A stretch of 23,715 bases of DNA, from contig JBKPAK010000322.1 of NCBI GenBank assembly GCA_046726415.1, positions 1 to 23,715 on the forward strand, given 5' to 3'. Source of the stretch: Candidatus Methylomirabilota bacterium. Lineage in GTDB: Bacteria > Methylomirabilota > Methylomirabilia > Rokubacteriales > CSP1-6. The translations under genes were made by a program, and so were the position numbers. Below are positions 1-8,737 of the stretch, one piece after another. The notes below the pieces were generated by a model that was given only the letters and a program-made list of their open reading frames with translations, was not told the origin of the DNA and did not search any database. How positions within the stretch are numbered: the stretch's first letter is position 1; each line of letters opens with the position of its first letter.

Positions 1-2
1 AC

Positions 3-2123
3 TGGCTGTTCGGCATTGTCGGGTCGGTATGCGAGGCCTTGCCCCCCGGCATGCCGTCCAACGTTCTGCGGCTAGGGCGGCTGGACGACGCCAGCAAGGA
101 CGTCGTGGTGGAAGCCGCCGATGTCGCACTCAATCCCATGACGTCGGGCTCCGGATCGAACCTAAAGCTCGCCGAATATTTCGCCAAGGGACTACCGACG
201 GTGACGACGGAATTCGGCGCGCGGGGCTACGACGTCGTGCCAGGCGTCAATGCCATCGTATGCGCGCTGGAGGAGTTTCCCCGAGCGCTCCGGGAACTCC
301 AGCGGGACGGAACCCGGCGCCACGCTATCGGTGCCGCGGCCTACGAGCTGGCCCGCGGCCGCCTCGACTGGAGGCTCCAGTCGCGGCGTATGCGAGACAT
401 ACTTGAAACACGTGTGTTCGGAAGAAGGAAGCGTCGGCTGCTCGTCGTCACTCATCGCTTCACCGACCCACCTCTCGGCGGTGGTGAGGTACACCTGCTC
501 GAGCTGCTGCGGCGAATCGACCGGTACGGCGACTTCGCCATCGACGTGGCCACGCTGGACATCGTCACCATCGAGAACCAGTTCCACTTCTCGTCGAGAT
601 ACACGCGCAATCCGGCGGCGGCGTTTCCACGGGACCTCTCCAGCCTAACCCTGCGCCGCTTCCCGGTGGATCAGGCCCCGGAGAGCGTCCGGCTCGCTGG
701 GGCCCGGGAGCTTTTTGGCCGATGGATGGCCGAGGGCCGGGCGCTGTCGCTGCGGGTGCTGGATCGCTTGCCGAGCCCGCTGCTGCTGGGGGGCTGGCAC
801 TTCCCGGAGCGGGACGGCGGGCGCGTCGAGCGGTGGTCAAGCCCCAGCGGGCTGGTGCATGTCCAGGGTGTCGACGGGTTGACGCTGCGCGGGTGGGCGC
901 CGGCCGGCCGCCGCGTGCGCGTCCGGGCCGGCGGGGAGACGCTTGCTGAGCATTCCGTAGATGGCGAGTTCGTGTTATCGGTCGGCCTAGCCGGTCAGCG
1001 CACGCTGGAGGTGTCCGTGGACGCCGGCTTCGAGCCCCCAGGCGACCCCCGACCGCTAGGGGTGCGGATCCGCGAGATGTGGTGCGACACGCTGACGGGG
1101 GCGGAGGCGCTAGATCTGGAGACTGACTACCGCACGTGGATGAAGCGGCAGGAACCGGTCCGGTGGATCGAGGAGCTGATCGCGACCGCGCGCGCCCGGC
1201 CCCGGGAGTACGACGACTTGTTCCAGCGTACGCGCGGGCCAGCGTCGGCGGCGCTGGAGGCTTGGCTCAGTGAGAGCGTCGGCCGCTACGACCTCGTGAT
1301 CGGTCACAGTGTCCCGTTCGGAACGCTGATAGCGGCAGCCCGTCATGCGGGACAGGCTGGGGTGCCGCTGGTGCAGATTCCGGAGTTCCACATTGACGAC
1401 GAGTACTACCATTGGCAGAGCTACTACGACGCCATGACCGCGGCGGACTGGCTCATCACATTCCCAAGGGCAGCGACCCCGTTGTTTTTCGAGCGCATCG
1501 GCGCGCGGAGCGAATACGTTCCCCACGGCATCGACCCGGACGAAGCGCCGACGCCCGAGGACGAGGCCGTGTTGCGGGGCCTGTATCCAGACGCCACGCC
1601 ATTCGTGCTCATTGTGGGCCGGAAGGACCGAGCGAAGAACTACGAGGCTGTCATCCGCGCGGTGGCTTGGCTCAACGAGGGTCGCCCGCGATGCCGGCTC
1701 GTGATGATCGGCCGCGACGAGGACGGCATAGCGCTGGATCTGCGTCAGGTGACGTACCTCGGCGGCCAGCCACGGGGGGTAGTGCTCGCCGCGCTTAAGC
1801 GGGCACTGTGTCTGGTGACTATGAGCGAGAGCGAGAGCTTCGGCATCGTGATCCTGGAAGCCTGGACCCAGGGGTGCCCGGTGGTCGTCAGCGCCGCCTG
1901 TCAGGCGTCGGTCGAACTGGTGGTAGACGGGCAGGACGGTTTGCATGCCACGACGACGACCTTGGCCGAACGAATCGCCTGGCTGCTGGACCATCGGGAG
2001 GCTGCGGCCGAGATGGGCCGCCGCGGCCGCGAGAAGGCCTGGGCGTCGTACGCCTGGAGCGGGATCGCCGCTCGGGTGAACGCGAGGCTGTTGGCGGTGG
2101 CGGAGCAGCGCGCCCATGTATGA
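3..2123 (+). CDS. Multi-domain GT4 (GT-B) glycosyltransferase, 5'-truncated by the window edge
   Basis: Frame is open from position 3. End of a first GT4 module (NPMTSGSGSNLKLAEYFAKGLPTVTT) is followed by a second module (LVVTHRF..GGGE ... SESESFGIVILEAWTQGCPVV, EX7E motif), with an inserted GWH.PE...RWS...D.R.LGV segment. Confidence 0.9.
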   Translation, partial: WLFGIVGSVCEALPPGMPSNVLRLGRLDDASKDVVVEAADVALNPMTSGSGSNLKLAEYFAKGLPTVTTEFGARGYDVVPGVNAIVCALEEFPRALRELQRDGTRRHAIGAAAYELARGRLDWRLQSRRMRDILETRVFGRRKRRLLVVTHRFTDPPLGGGEVHLLELLRRIDRYGDFAIDVATLDIVTIENQFHFSSRYTRNPAAAFPRDLSSLTLRRFPVDQAPESVRLAGARELFGRWMAEGRALSLRVLDRLPSPLLLGGWHFPERDGGRVERWSSPSGLVHVQGVDGLTLRGWAPAGRRVRVRAGGETLAEHSVDGEFVLSVGLAGQRTLEVSVDAGFEPPGDPRPLGVRIREMWCDTLTGAEALDLETDYRTWMKRQEPVRWIEELIATARARPREYDDLFQRTRGPASAALEAWLSESVGRYDLVIGHSVPFGTLIAAARHAGQAGVPLVQIPEFHIDDEYYHWQSYYDAMTAADWLITFPRAATPLFFERIGARSEYVPHGIDPDEAPTPEDEAVLRGLYPDATPFVLIVGRKDRAKNYEAVIRAVAWLNEGRPRCRLVMIGRDEDGIALDLRQVTYLGGQPRGVVLAALKRALCLVTMSESESFGIVILEAWTQGCPVVVSAACQASVELVVDGQDGLHATTTTLAERIAWLLDHREAAAEMGRRGREKAWASYAWSGIAARVNARLLAVAEQRAHV

Positions 2124-2964
2124 CGAGCGGGCCGACTTCTCGCATCACGAGCGCGAGATCGAAACGGCTTACGCGGCGCTGGCACAGCAGGACCTCCTTG
2201 ACGGAGGTGCGCAGCAGACGGTCCTGGATCTCGGCGGTGGCCAAGGCATGCACGCCGGGTTCCTGTCGCAGACCTTCGGACGCGTGTATTGCGCCGACCG
2301 GATCGACTACTCGAGCTTGTACGGAGGGGAATTCATCAAGCTCCTAGCCGAGAAGCACGGCCGCCATGGCCGGGGAATCCGGATGGATCGGGTCGCCTTC
2401 GTGCAGTCGAACGCGATGGACTTGATCTTCCGGGACGCCATGTTCGACGGCTGCCTCTGCATTAACGTGTTCGAACACGTGCCCAATCCGCGGCGCGCGC
2501 TCGCGGAAATCGTCCGGGTGCTCACGCCGGGCGGATGGGCCTACATCTCTTTCGACCCGATCTGGACAACCGACACCGGGAGCCACTTCTTCCACCGCGT
2601 GCCGGAGCCCTGGGGGCATCTCGTTCACGGCGACGAGCGGTATGCGACGATGATGCTGGCCGCGGGCGCCGGGGATCTAGAGGTCGCCGAATACCGCACA
2701 GCGATGAACCGATGGCGCTTATCCCAGTTCCGCGAGGTGTTCGACGAGGGAGCGCGCTCCAGACGGATGGAGATCTGCGCCCGAAGCACCTGGTCGGGCC
2801 CCGAACAGAAAGAGCACCTGAGTCACCCGAATCTCGCCCGAGCCCTCGCGCTCGGCTTCACGCTGGAGGAACTGTTGCAGCGGGGACTCATGTTCCTAAT
2901 CCGCAAGACCGCCACGAGGTGTACGGTGAACGGCGAACCCGATGAGGGCCATCGAATCCCTTAG
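2116..2964 (+). CDS. Class I SAM-dependent methyltransferase
   Basis: VLDLGGGQG motif I, NVFEHVPNP, VLTPGG; start overlaps the upstream stop (ATGTATGA). Confidence 0.88.
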   Translation: MYDERADFSHHEREIETAYAALAQQDLLDGGAQQTVLDLGGGQGMHAGFLSQTFGRVYCADRIDYSSLYGGEFIKLLAEKHGRHGRGIRMDRVAFVQSNAMDLIFRDAMFDGCLCINVFEHVPNPRRALAEIVRVLTPGGWAYISFDPIWTTDTGSHFFHRVPEPWGHLVHGDERYATMMLAAGAGDLEVAEYRTAMNRWRLSQFREVFDEGARSRRMEICARSTWSGPEQKEHLSHPNLARALALGFTLEELLQRGLMFLIRKTATRCTVNGEPDEGHRIP

Positions 2965-2974
2965 GGCCGATTAA

Positions 2975-4660
2975 CTACATCGCCCCGGCAACCTTTCTTC
3001 CGATGACAGCGTAGTCTTGGAACCCGTAGAGCAGCTCGTTGAGTCGCTCGACGCCACGATTGAACTCCTCCAGGGCTTCCGTGGGAGGACCACCGGCAGA
3101 GAGGGGAGGAACTCTCATTGAGGGTTGAACCGGTGCCGAGAACTTCAATTCGACGTTCTGAAAGCCCGTTGATTCCAGCAAGAATCTTGCCGCATCCGGA
3201 TGGACGAGTCGGTTGTGAGAAAGGTCCATATAGAAGCTCTCCGCGAATACGGTAAGACACCGAGGATTAGGAGTTTCTAGGACGAGGACACCGTAGGCTC
3301 GGAGCTTCTGGTGAGAGAGCCTAACCAGGTGGACGATCTGGCCCGAGTCCATATGTTCGATCATCTGGGAGGAAAAAATCCCATGGAGGGACTCATCCGG
3401 CAGCGACTCGAGATACGAGAACGCATCGGCCCTAACGACGTCTAGTCCTTTCTCTCGGCACAGAAGTACCATGTCTAGGTCAAGATCCACGCCTTTACCC
3501 TCGAGGCCGGCCTCCCTGAGAAGCTCCAAGAATTCTCCTCTCCCGCATCCGATGTCGAGGACGCTTCCTACCCTTCTGAAGTATTCGACATAGGGAAGTA
3601 GGCGCCCCTTGATGTCTTCCTCGCTCCCACGGAAGCGTTCTTCGAAGCCGACGTAGTCAAAATCAGGCTCTAGATCCTCGCGGAGGACCGCGCTCCCCTT
3701 CACCTCGATCCTTTCCCCCTTCTGACCATCCTCTCTCACCAGCGCATGGATGATCCGGCGGAGTTTCCGCTCTGCCCTTGAGATGCGCTCTCTCATGATT
3801 TGCCGCCCTTGGCTGTGCTCCTGGGTGAGGGTTTCGATCTGCTCCCGTATTGCTTCGATCCTGTCCCTCACTACCGTGAGCGCCTGTGCCTGTGTGGCCA
3901 AGCCCTCTTCTTGGAGTTGCGCCTGCTCGCGCCCCAGCGCCTCCATCTGCTCCCGGACCGTCTGCAGCGCCTGCTCCTGCGTGGTCAAGACCTCCGCGCG
4001 GAACTGCGTCTGCTCCTGCCCCAGCGCCTCCATCTGCTCCCGGACCGTCTGCAGCGCCTGCCCCTGCGTGGTCAAGACCTCCGCGCGGAACTGCACCTGC
4101 TCTTGGCCCAGCGCCTCTATCTGCTCGCGGAGCGTCTGCAGCGCCTGCCCCTGGGCGGCCAAGACTTCCGTGCGGAACTGCAACTCCTCCCGCCGAAGCG
4201 TCTGCATCTGCTCTCGGAGCGTCTGCAGCGTCCGAGCCTGGGAGACCAAGACCTCCGCGCGGAGCTCCGCCTGCTCCTGCCGGAGCTGCGCCTGCTCCTG
4301 CCCGAGCTGCGCCTGCTCCTGCCCCAGCGCCGCGGTCTGCTCCCGGAGATGCGTGATGATTCTGGTATTCGCCGCATTGTAGGCGACCAGGCGAGTCAGA
4401 ATCGGAGTGAGAAGTTTCCGAAGGACTCTCTTCATAAAAACGATAAATAGTCCCGCCGCCCCGCGGTGTGAAGTCGAAGGAATGTTGTACACATCCCAGT
4501 GAGCGTGAAGAGCGGCGAGATCGGCCGCAACCTGACCATCAGAAGCGGCGCCAGAATTTCTGGGCGGCTTCAAGTCCTCTCCTTCGCGTCTTTCCCCCAT
4601 CATATCTTCCCGAATCTGCTTCATGATTTGTGACACATCAACTTCCGGCACACGAGCCAT
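2975..4660 (-). CDS. Coiled-coil + C-terminal class I SAM methyltransferase (candidate glycan chain terminator/length regulator)
   Basis: 561 aa; long Q/E/R/L-rich helical repeat region, then FEERFRGS, VLDIGCGRGEFL, QMIEH, LETPNP and QDYAVIG motifs. Confidence 0.88.
   Translation of the reverse strand: MARVPEVDVSQIMKQIREDMMGERREGEDLKPPRNSGAASDGQVAADLAALHAHWDVYNIPSTSHRGAAGLFIVFMKRVLRKLLTPILTRLVAYNAANTRIITHLREQTAALGQEQAQLGQEQAQLRQEQAELRAEVLVSQARTLQTLREQMQTLRREELQFRTEVLAAQGQALQTLREQIEALGQEQVQFRAEVLTTQGQALQTVREQMEALGQEQTQFRAEVLTTQEQALQTVREQMEALGREQAQLQEEGLATQAQALTVVRDRIEAIREQIETLTQEHSQGRQIMRERISRAERKLRRIIHALVREDGQKGERIEVKGSAVLREDLEPDFDYVGFEERFRGSEEDIKGRLLPYVEYFRRVGSVLDIGCGRGEFLELLREAGLEGKGVDLDLDMVLLCREKGLDVVRADAFSYLESLPDESLHGIFSSQMIEHMDSGQIVHLVRLSHQKLRAYGVLVLETPNPRCLTVFAESFYMDLSHNRLVHPDAARFLLESTGFQNVELKFSAPVQPSMRVPPLSAGGPPTEALEEFNRGVERLNELLYGFQDYAVIGRKVAGAM
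3872..4348 (-). repeat. Intragenic tandem repeat: five 87-bp (29-aa) units, the first carrying two extra 21-bp (heptad) copies
   Basis: GCCCCAGCGC-like anchors recur at 3931, 4018, 4105, 4192 and 4279 (87-bp period), then at 4300 and 4321 (21-bp period). 3931-4017 and 4018-4104 differ at 4 of 87 positions. Confidence 0.95.
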
Positions 4661-4695
4661 TCCCCTCCCCCCCCGAAATCCGCTATCAGGACAGT

Positions 4696-4721
4696 TTGTG
4701 TGGGCGAGTTGTGTGGGCGAG
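4696..4721. repeat. Perfect 13-bp tandem duplication (TTGTGTGGGCGAG x2)
   Basis: 4696-4708 and 4709-4721 are identical; they lie ~35 bp upstream of the 4660 start codon. Confidence 0.9.
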
Positions 4722-5452
4722 CTGGTAACCGTTCAGATCGCTCCCGCGGGAAGGGCCGGCGACTCGCGCACAGGCGACGCGCCCTACGTGGGTCGTTGCC
4801 ACCGAACAAGGGGGCGTCAAGCGTCCGGCGAGGTCCCTACGCGGCAGCTCCAGGCCCGACTCACGAGAGATGGCCACAACAACCTGGTGACGCGAGCAGC
4901 GAAAGGATTCGCCGTACGAATATGCCAGGCGAATACTGGCGAACAGGCCGGTCCATGACCTCGCCGATCTGGCCGATCCGGACCTGAAGGCGCACAAGGA
5001 CGGCGGGAGCCGCCAGCCACGTGTCGGTCGCCCGTCCATGACGAGCGCCACTCACCTGAGGAGACGCATGAAGACGCCGAGGAAGACAACCGCCCGACAG
5101 AGTCTCAGTCGTGTACACATCTAGATAAAATACCGTAACCGACGCTCGAACCCAAGCGTCGCTGCGATGCCATGGCTGAACCGGACCGCCCCGAGCCGGC
5201 TACACTGCGGCGGTGAACGCTGTCCACTCGCAGGTCTCTCTACCCGCGCGCAGGGCCCGGCTCGATGAGCTAAGCAGGACTCCCCAAGTGCGCATGTTCT
5301 TGAATAAAGTGACGTGGAGTTAGCTAGATCCACGCATGGGAAAGCGACCCCGAGATCGCGAGCGAGCGCATCGAGGCAGCAAGGCCGCTGACAGACGCGC
5401 GGTGGCGACAACCAAAGGGCGAACACGAGCCCTCGTCTGAGTCCGACCGCAC

Positions 5453-6193
5453 TCAACATATCGCGGCGGCGCGGTACACGGTGAGAGTGCGTTCTGCAAT
5501 CTTCTCCCAGGAGTACTGGCGGCTGCGCTCCAACCCCCGCTGGCCCAGATCATCCGCCAGGACGCGATCGAGAAGGACGCGCGCCACCGCGGCGGCTAGC
5601 GCCTCGACGTCTTCGGGATCGACCAGCAGACCCGCATCGCCGACAAGCTCAGGCATGGAGGCCCGTGTGGATGCGATCACCGGAGTGCCGCACGCCATCG
5701 CCTCAAGGATCGGAAGGCCGAATCCCTCGAAGAGCGAGGGATACGCGAAGGCGGCGGCCGCACCGTAAAAGGCGGGAAGATCCTGCTCGGGGAGGAGGCC
5801 GATCCATCGTACTGTCGTGTCATGGCTCGGGTGACGGGCCTGCTCGATCATTTGCTGGGCTCCGAAGTCCGGCTTCCTAACAATTACCAGCTGAGGGTCC
5901 GCGGTGCCGCTCTTCCTGCGTAGGGCGCAGGCGCGGATGAGTCGATCGAGGTTTTTCCTCCGATTGAGCCGCCCCAGAGCGAAGACGAAGCCAGGCCGTA
6001 GCGCGAGAGCACCCTGGCTATGTCCTCCGGCGAGAAGGGCCTGAGGTTTGCCGAAGCGGCGAGGGGAATCGCCGTGATCCGGTCGGGGCCGACGCCGTAG
6101 CGCTTCTCGATGTCCCGCCGCGAGAACTCGGAGTCGGTGATAATGTGCGACGCTCGCGCGAGGCTCCTCGGCACGAGCACTCGAAACGCTACC
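5453..6193 (-). pseudogene. GT4 glycosyltransferase, 5'-truncated at IS3 and frameshifted
   Basis: ..RASHIITDSEFSRRDI.. in one frame and GFVFALGRLNRRKNL..YPSLFEGFGLPILEAMACGTPVI in another, with a shift near 5994. The coding signal stops at the IS3 end (6194). Confidence 0.88.
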
Positions 6194-6219
6194 TGGACTT
6201 GCCCCAGTTTGGTAGACAC
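6194..6219. repeat. IS3 terminal inverted repeat (IRR)
   Basis: TGGACTTGCCCCAGTTTGGTAGACAC matches the reverse complement of 7428-7456 (TGAACCTGCCCCGATTTGTTGGTAGACAC). Confidence 0.9.
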
Positions 6220-6224
6220 GTGTG

Positions 6225-7136
6225 TTAAGTTGCCAATGCTCCGTGTTCGCGTCCGCGCTCGAACGCTCGGGGACTGAGGTAGCCAAGCGCCGAATGCCGT
6301 CGCTGCCCGTTGTAGAAGAGCTCGAGATAGTCGAACAGCTCGGTGCGCGCCCGGGCCCGCGTGGCCCACGTCGCGTCGTGGACGAGTTCGACCTTCAGCG
6401 TGGCGAAGAAGCTCTCGGCGACGGCGTTGTCCCAGCAATCGCCCCGGCGGCTCATGCTGCAGAGGATTCCATTCTGGGCCAGGACCTCTTGGTAGTCGCC
6501 GCTGGCGTACTGACTTCCACGATCCGAATGATGCAGCAAGCCCTGGGGCGGGTGCCGACGCGTGAGCGCCATGCCGAGAGCGTTGAGGGTGAGATCATCG
6601 GTGATGCGCTCGCTCATCGCCCAGCCGACGGCGAACCGCGAACACAGATCGAGGATCACCGCCAGGTAGAGCCAGCCCTCACCCGTCGGGATATAGGTGA
6701 TGTCGGTCACCCATGCCTGGTCGGGGCGCGCCCGCTCAAACTGCCGCGCCAAGACGTTCGCCGCGATGGGGAAGGGATGCCGGGACTGGGTCGTCACGCG
6801 GAACCGCCGGCGGCGCCGCGCGGCCAACCCGTGCATCCGCATCAGCCGGGCCACCCGCTTGCGGCTCCTACGGCGGCCGCGGTCGGCCAACTCGGCGTGA
6901 ATCCGCGGGCTGCCGTAGCGTTGCCGACTCTCCGCATGGATCGCCGCGATCTCGAGGCCCAGCCGCTCGTCCGCCCGCGTGCGCGGCGCCGGCGGGCCCG
7001 CCTGCCAGGTGTAGAAGCCGGCGCGCGACACCTGGAGCGTGCGACACAGCAGGCGCACCGGGAAGGCGGCCTTCTCCGCGGCGATGAACCCGAACCTCAG
7101 GGATTCTCCTTCGCGAAGAAGGCCGTCGCTTTTTTT
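6225..7136 (-). CDS. IS3 transposase OrfB (DDE integrase core), reached by -1 frameshift
   Basis: RYGSPRI, WVTDITY, HHSDRGSQY, NAVAESFF. The -1 frame is open from the A7G site (KKSDGLLREGESLRFGFIAAEKAAFPVRLLCR..). Confidence 0.93.
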   Translation of the reverse strand, partial: KKSDGLLREGESLRFGFIAAEKAAFPVRLLCRTLQVSRAGFYTWQAGPPAPRTRADERLGLEIAAIHAESRQRYGSPRIHAELADRGRRRSRKRVARLMRMHGLAARRRRRFRVTTQSRHPFPIAANVLARQFERARPDQAWVTDITYIPTGEGWLYLAVILDLCSRFAVGWAMSERITDDLTLNALGMALTRRHPPQGLLHHSDRGSQYASGDYQEVLAQNGILCSMSRRGDCWDNAVAESFFATLKVELVHDATWATRARARTELFDYLELFYNGQRRHSALGYLSPRAFERGREHGALAT

Positions 7137-7393
7137 AGGATGTCGCGCTCCATGCGCAGCGTTCGGTTCTCGCGCCGCAGACGGCCCAGCTCCTCGCGCT
7201 CCTCGGTCGTGAGCGCGCCCGGCGCTCCCCGGCCCGCGTCGATCTCGGCCTGCCGCACCCAGCTGCGCAGCGCCGTCTCCGTCAAATCCAGTTCTCGCGC
7301 CACCGTGCCCACGGCTTTACCGCTCTCCCGGACGATCCGGACTGCCTGTGCCTTGAACTCCTTCATGAACGCCCGCCGCTTCCGTTTGGCCAT
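7097..7393 (-). CDS. IS3 transposase OrfA (HTH + leucine zipper)
   Basis: EFKAQAV..VARELDL..LRSWV..EREELGRLRRENRTLRMERDILKKATAFFAKE; GGAG upstream of the ATG. Confidence 0.93.
   Translation of the reverse strand: MAKRKRRAFMKEFKAQAVRIVRESGKAVGTVARELDLTETALRSWVRQAEIDAGRGAPGALTTEEREELGRLRRENRTLRMERDILKKATAFFAKENP
7129..7136 (-). other. Programmed -1 ribosomal frameshift site (AAAAAAAG)
   Basis: + strand CTTTTTTT at the orfA/orfB overlap; canonical IS3 A-AAA-AAG motif. Confidence 0.85.
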
Positions 7394-7427
7394 GACACAC
7401 TCCTACCGCACTTTCGTGCGATTTGGG

Positions 7428-7456
7428 GTGTCTACCAACAAATCGGGGCAGGTTCA
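7428..7456. repeat. IS3 terminal inverted repeat (IRL)
   Basis: GTGTCTACCAACAAATCGGGGCAGGTTCA, inverted partner of 6194-6219. Confidence 0.9.
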
Positions 7457-7859
7457 CAGGTGTTGGGCAAGACGGCCGACCGCCACCCCTCGGCCGAGTT
7501 CGTGGCCTTTTTTGGGCGACCTGATCACCCATCAGCCGAGGCGGCGGGAGATTCACGTGATCCTCGATAACCTCTCCGCGCACAAGACCAAGCGCGTCGA
7601 CGCCTTCCTGGCGGAGCATCCCCACGTGCACTTGCATTTCACGCCCACCTACTCGTCCTGGCTCAACCAGGTGGAGCTGTGGTTTGCCAAGATCGAGCGG
7701 GATGTCATCGCCCGCGGCATCTTTACCTCCGTCAAGGACCTGGCCAGCAAGCTCATGCGCTACATCCGCTACTACAACCAGACCCCCAAACCGGTGAAGT
7801 GGAAGTACTCGGAGCCCAGCCGTCGAATTACTACCACTTCGCCCGTTACGGTCCACTAG
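7457..7859 (+). mobile_element. IS630-family remnant (3' part of transposase plus right end)
   Basis: VLGKTADRHPSAEFVAF / IHVILDNLSAHK..HFTPTYSSWLNQVELWF, with a +1 T in the T6 run at 7508-7513. Ends ..GTTACGGTCCACTAG, the stop falling in a CTAG target site. Confidence 0.9.
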
Positions 7860-8736
7860 TAACCACAACCAGACGACGACCGGCGCCGTGAGAAAGATCG
7901 ATTGGCGGACACCGCTTCGCAGAGCCGTTAAGATTGCGCGGCCTCGCCTTCGCTGTGATGGTGGGCCAGGAGCGGAAAGAGGACAGCAACGAGTGAGCCC
8001 GTCAGGATGACTCCGGGGACCTGATACAGCTTGCCCGCATACGTGAGGAGTGAGAGCTGCCCGGTCGGTAGCGTCGAGGCGACGGCGCGCTCAATCAGCG
8101 GCACGGCTTGCGCGAGGGCGACGAACGCGGCGAGAGGGAGGAAGAGGCGAAATACCTCCCTCACGGCGGGGTCGCGCACGACGAGAGAGGGCACATAGCG
8201 CCAGCCGCGCCGGTACAAGGCGACGATCTGGACGATCGCATGCGTCAGCGCGCCCAGCACCATGCCAAGCGCAACATCCTGGATCCCCCACCGTGAGGCC
8301 ACGAGCACGATTGAGAGGAATGCCACGCCGAGGAGGCCAGACACTCCGAGCAGGGTCAAGATCGGCGCGGCAAGAACCACCAATCGTGTCGTCAGTGCAG
8401 TAGTCGGCGCGTCGAATCCGGAGGCGAGGTAGTGCACGAGGGCAGGCGCGGTGAGCATCATGCCGCCCGCGAGGATCAGCAAGGCGATGCCGGAGACTGT
8501 GAGGATCACGTTCGCTATCGCCCACGCTTGGCGCGGGGAGCGCCGGGACGACTGCGCAAAGATGGGTAGTACCGCGGGGGCAAGCGTCCCGGAGATGGCC
8601 ACGGTGGCGACGGCAGTCGGAATGATAGTGGCGACGAAGAACGCGTCCGTCACGCCGGAAACCCCGAAGATGGCGGCGAGGCCGGCGTCGCGCGCATAGG
8701 CCAGGCCTATCCCTAGCGTGGAGAGCATGGCCACCC
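7856..8736 (-). pseudogene. MurJ/MviN-like (MOP) polysaccharide flippase, disrupted
   Basis: AYARDAGLAAIFGVSGVTDAFFVATIIP, IERAVASTLPTGQLSLLTYAGKLYQVP..VLFPLL. After a frameshift near 7936 it continues ILTALRSGVRQSIFLTAPVVVWLWLL up to the IS630 CTAG. A likely internal in-frame deletion lies near 8330, and the N-terminus is displaced to 9770-9804. Confidence 0.85.
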
Positions 8737-8737
8737 G

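Larger units (their letters stand above)
6194..7456 (-). mobile_element. IS3-family insertion sequence (1263 bp), apparently intact
   Basis: TG...CA termini, imperfect terminal inverted repeats, orfA/orfB with an A7G slippery site, DDE motifs. No flanking direct repeat (..TACC | CAGG..). Confidence 0.95.

Noticed and set aside
3872..4348. Regularly spaced repeats as a CRISPR array
   Set aside because: Units are contiguous, in-frame multiples of 3 inside a CDS, with no unique spacers and no cas genes.
3750..4450. Cys/Ser-, Leu- and Pro/Ala-rich ORFs on the + strand
   Set aside because: Antisense readings of the coiled-coil repeat.
6222..7859. 545-aa + strand ORF
   Set aside because: Antisense shadow of the IS3 transposase that runs by chance into the IS630 remnant frame; not a real fusion protein.
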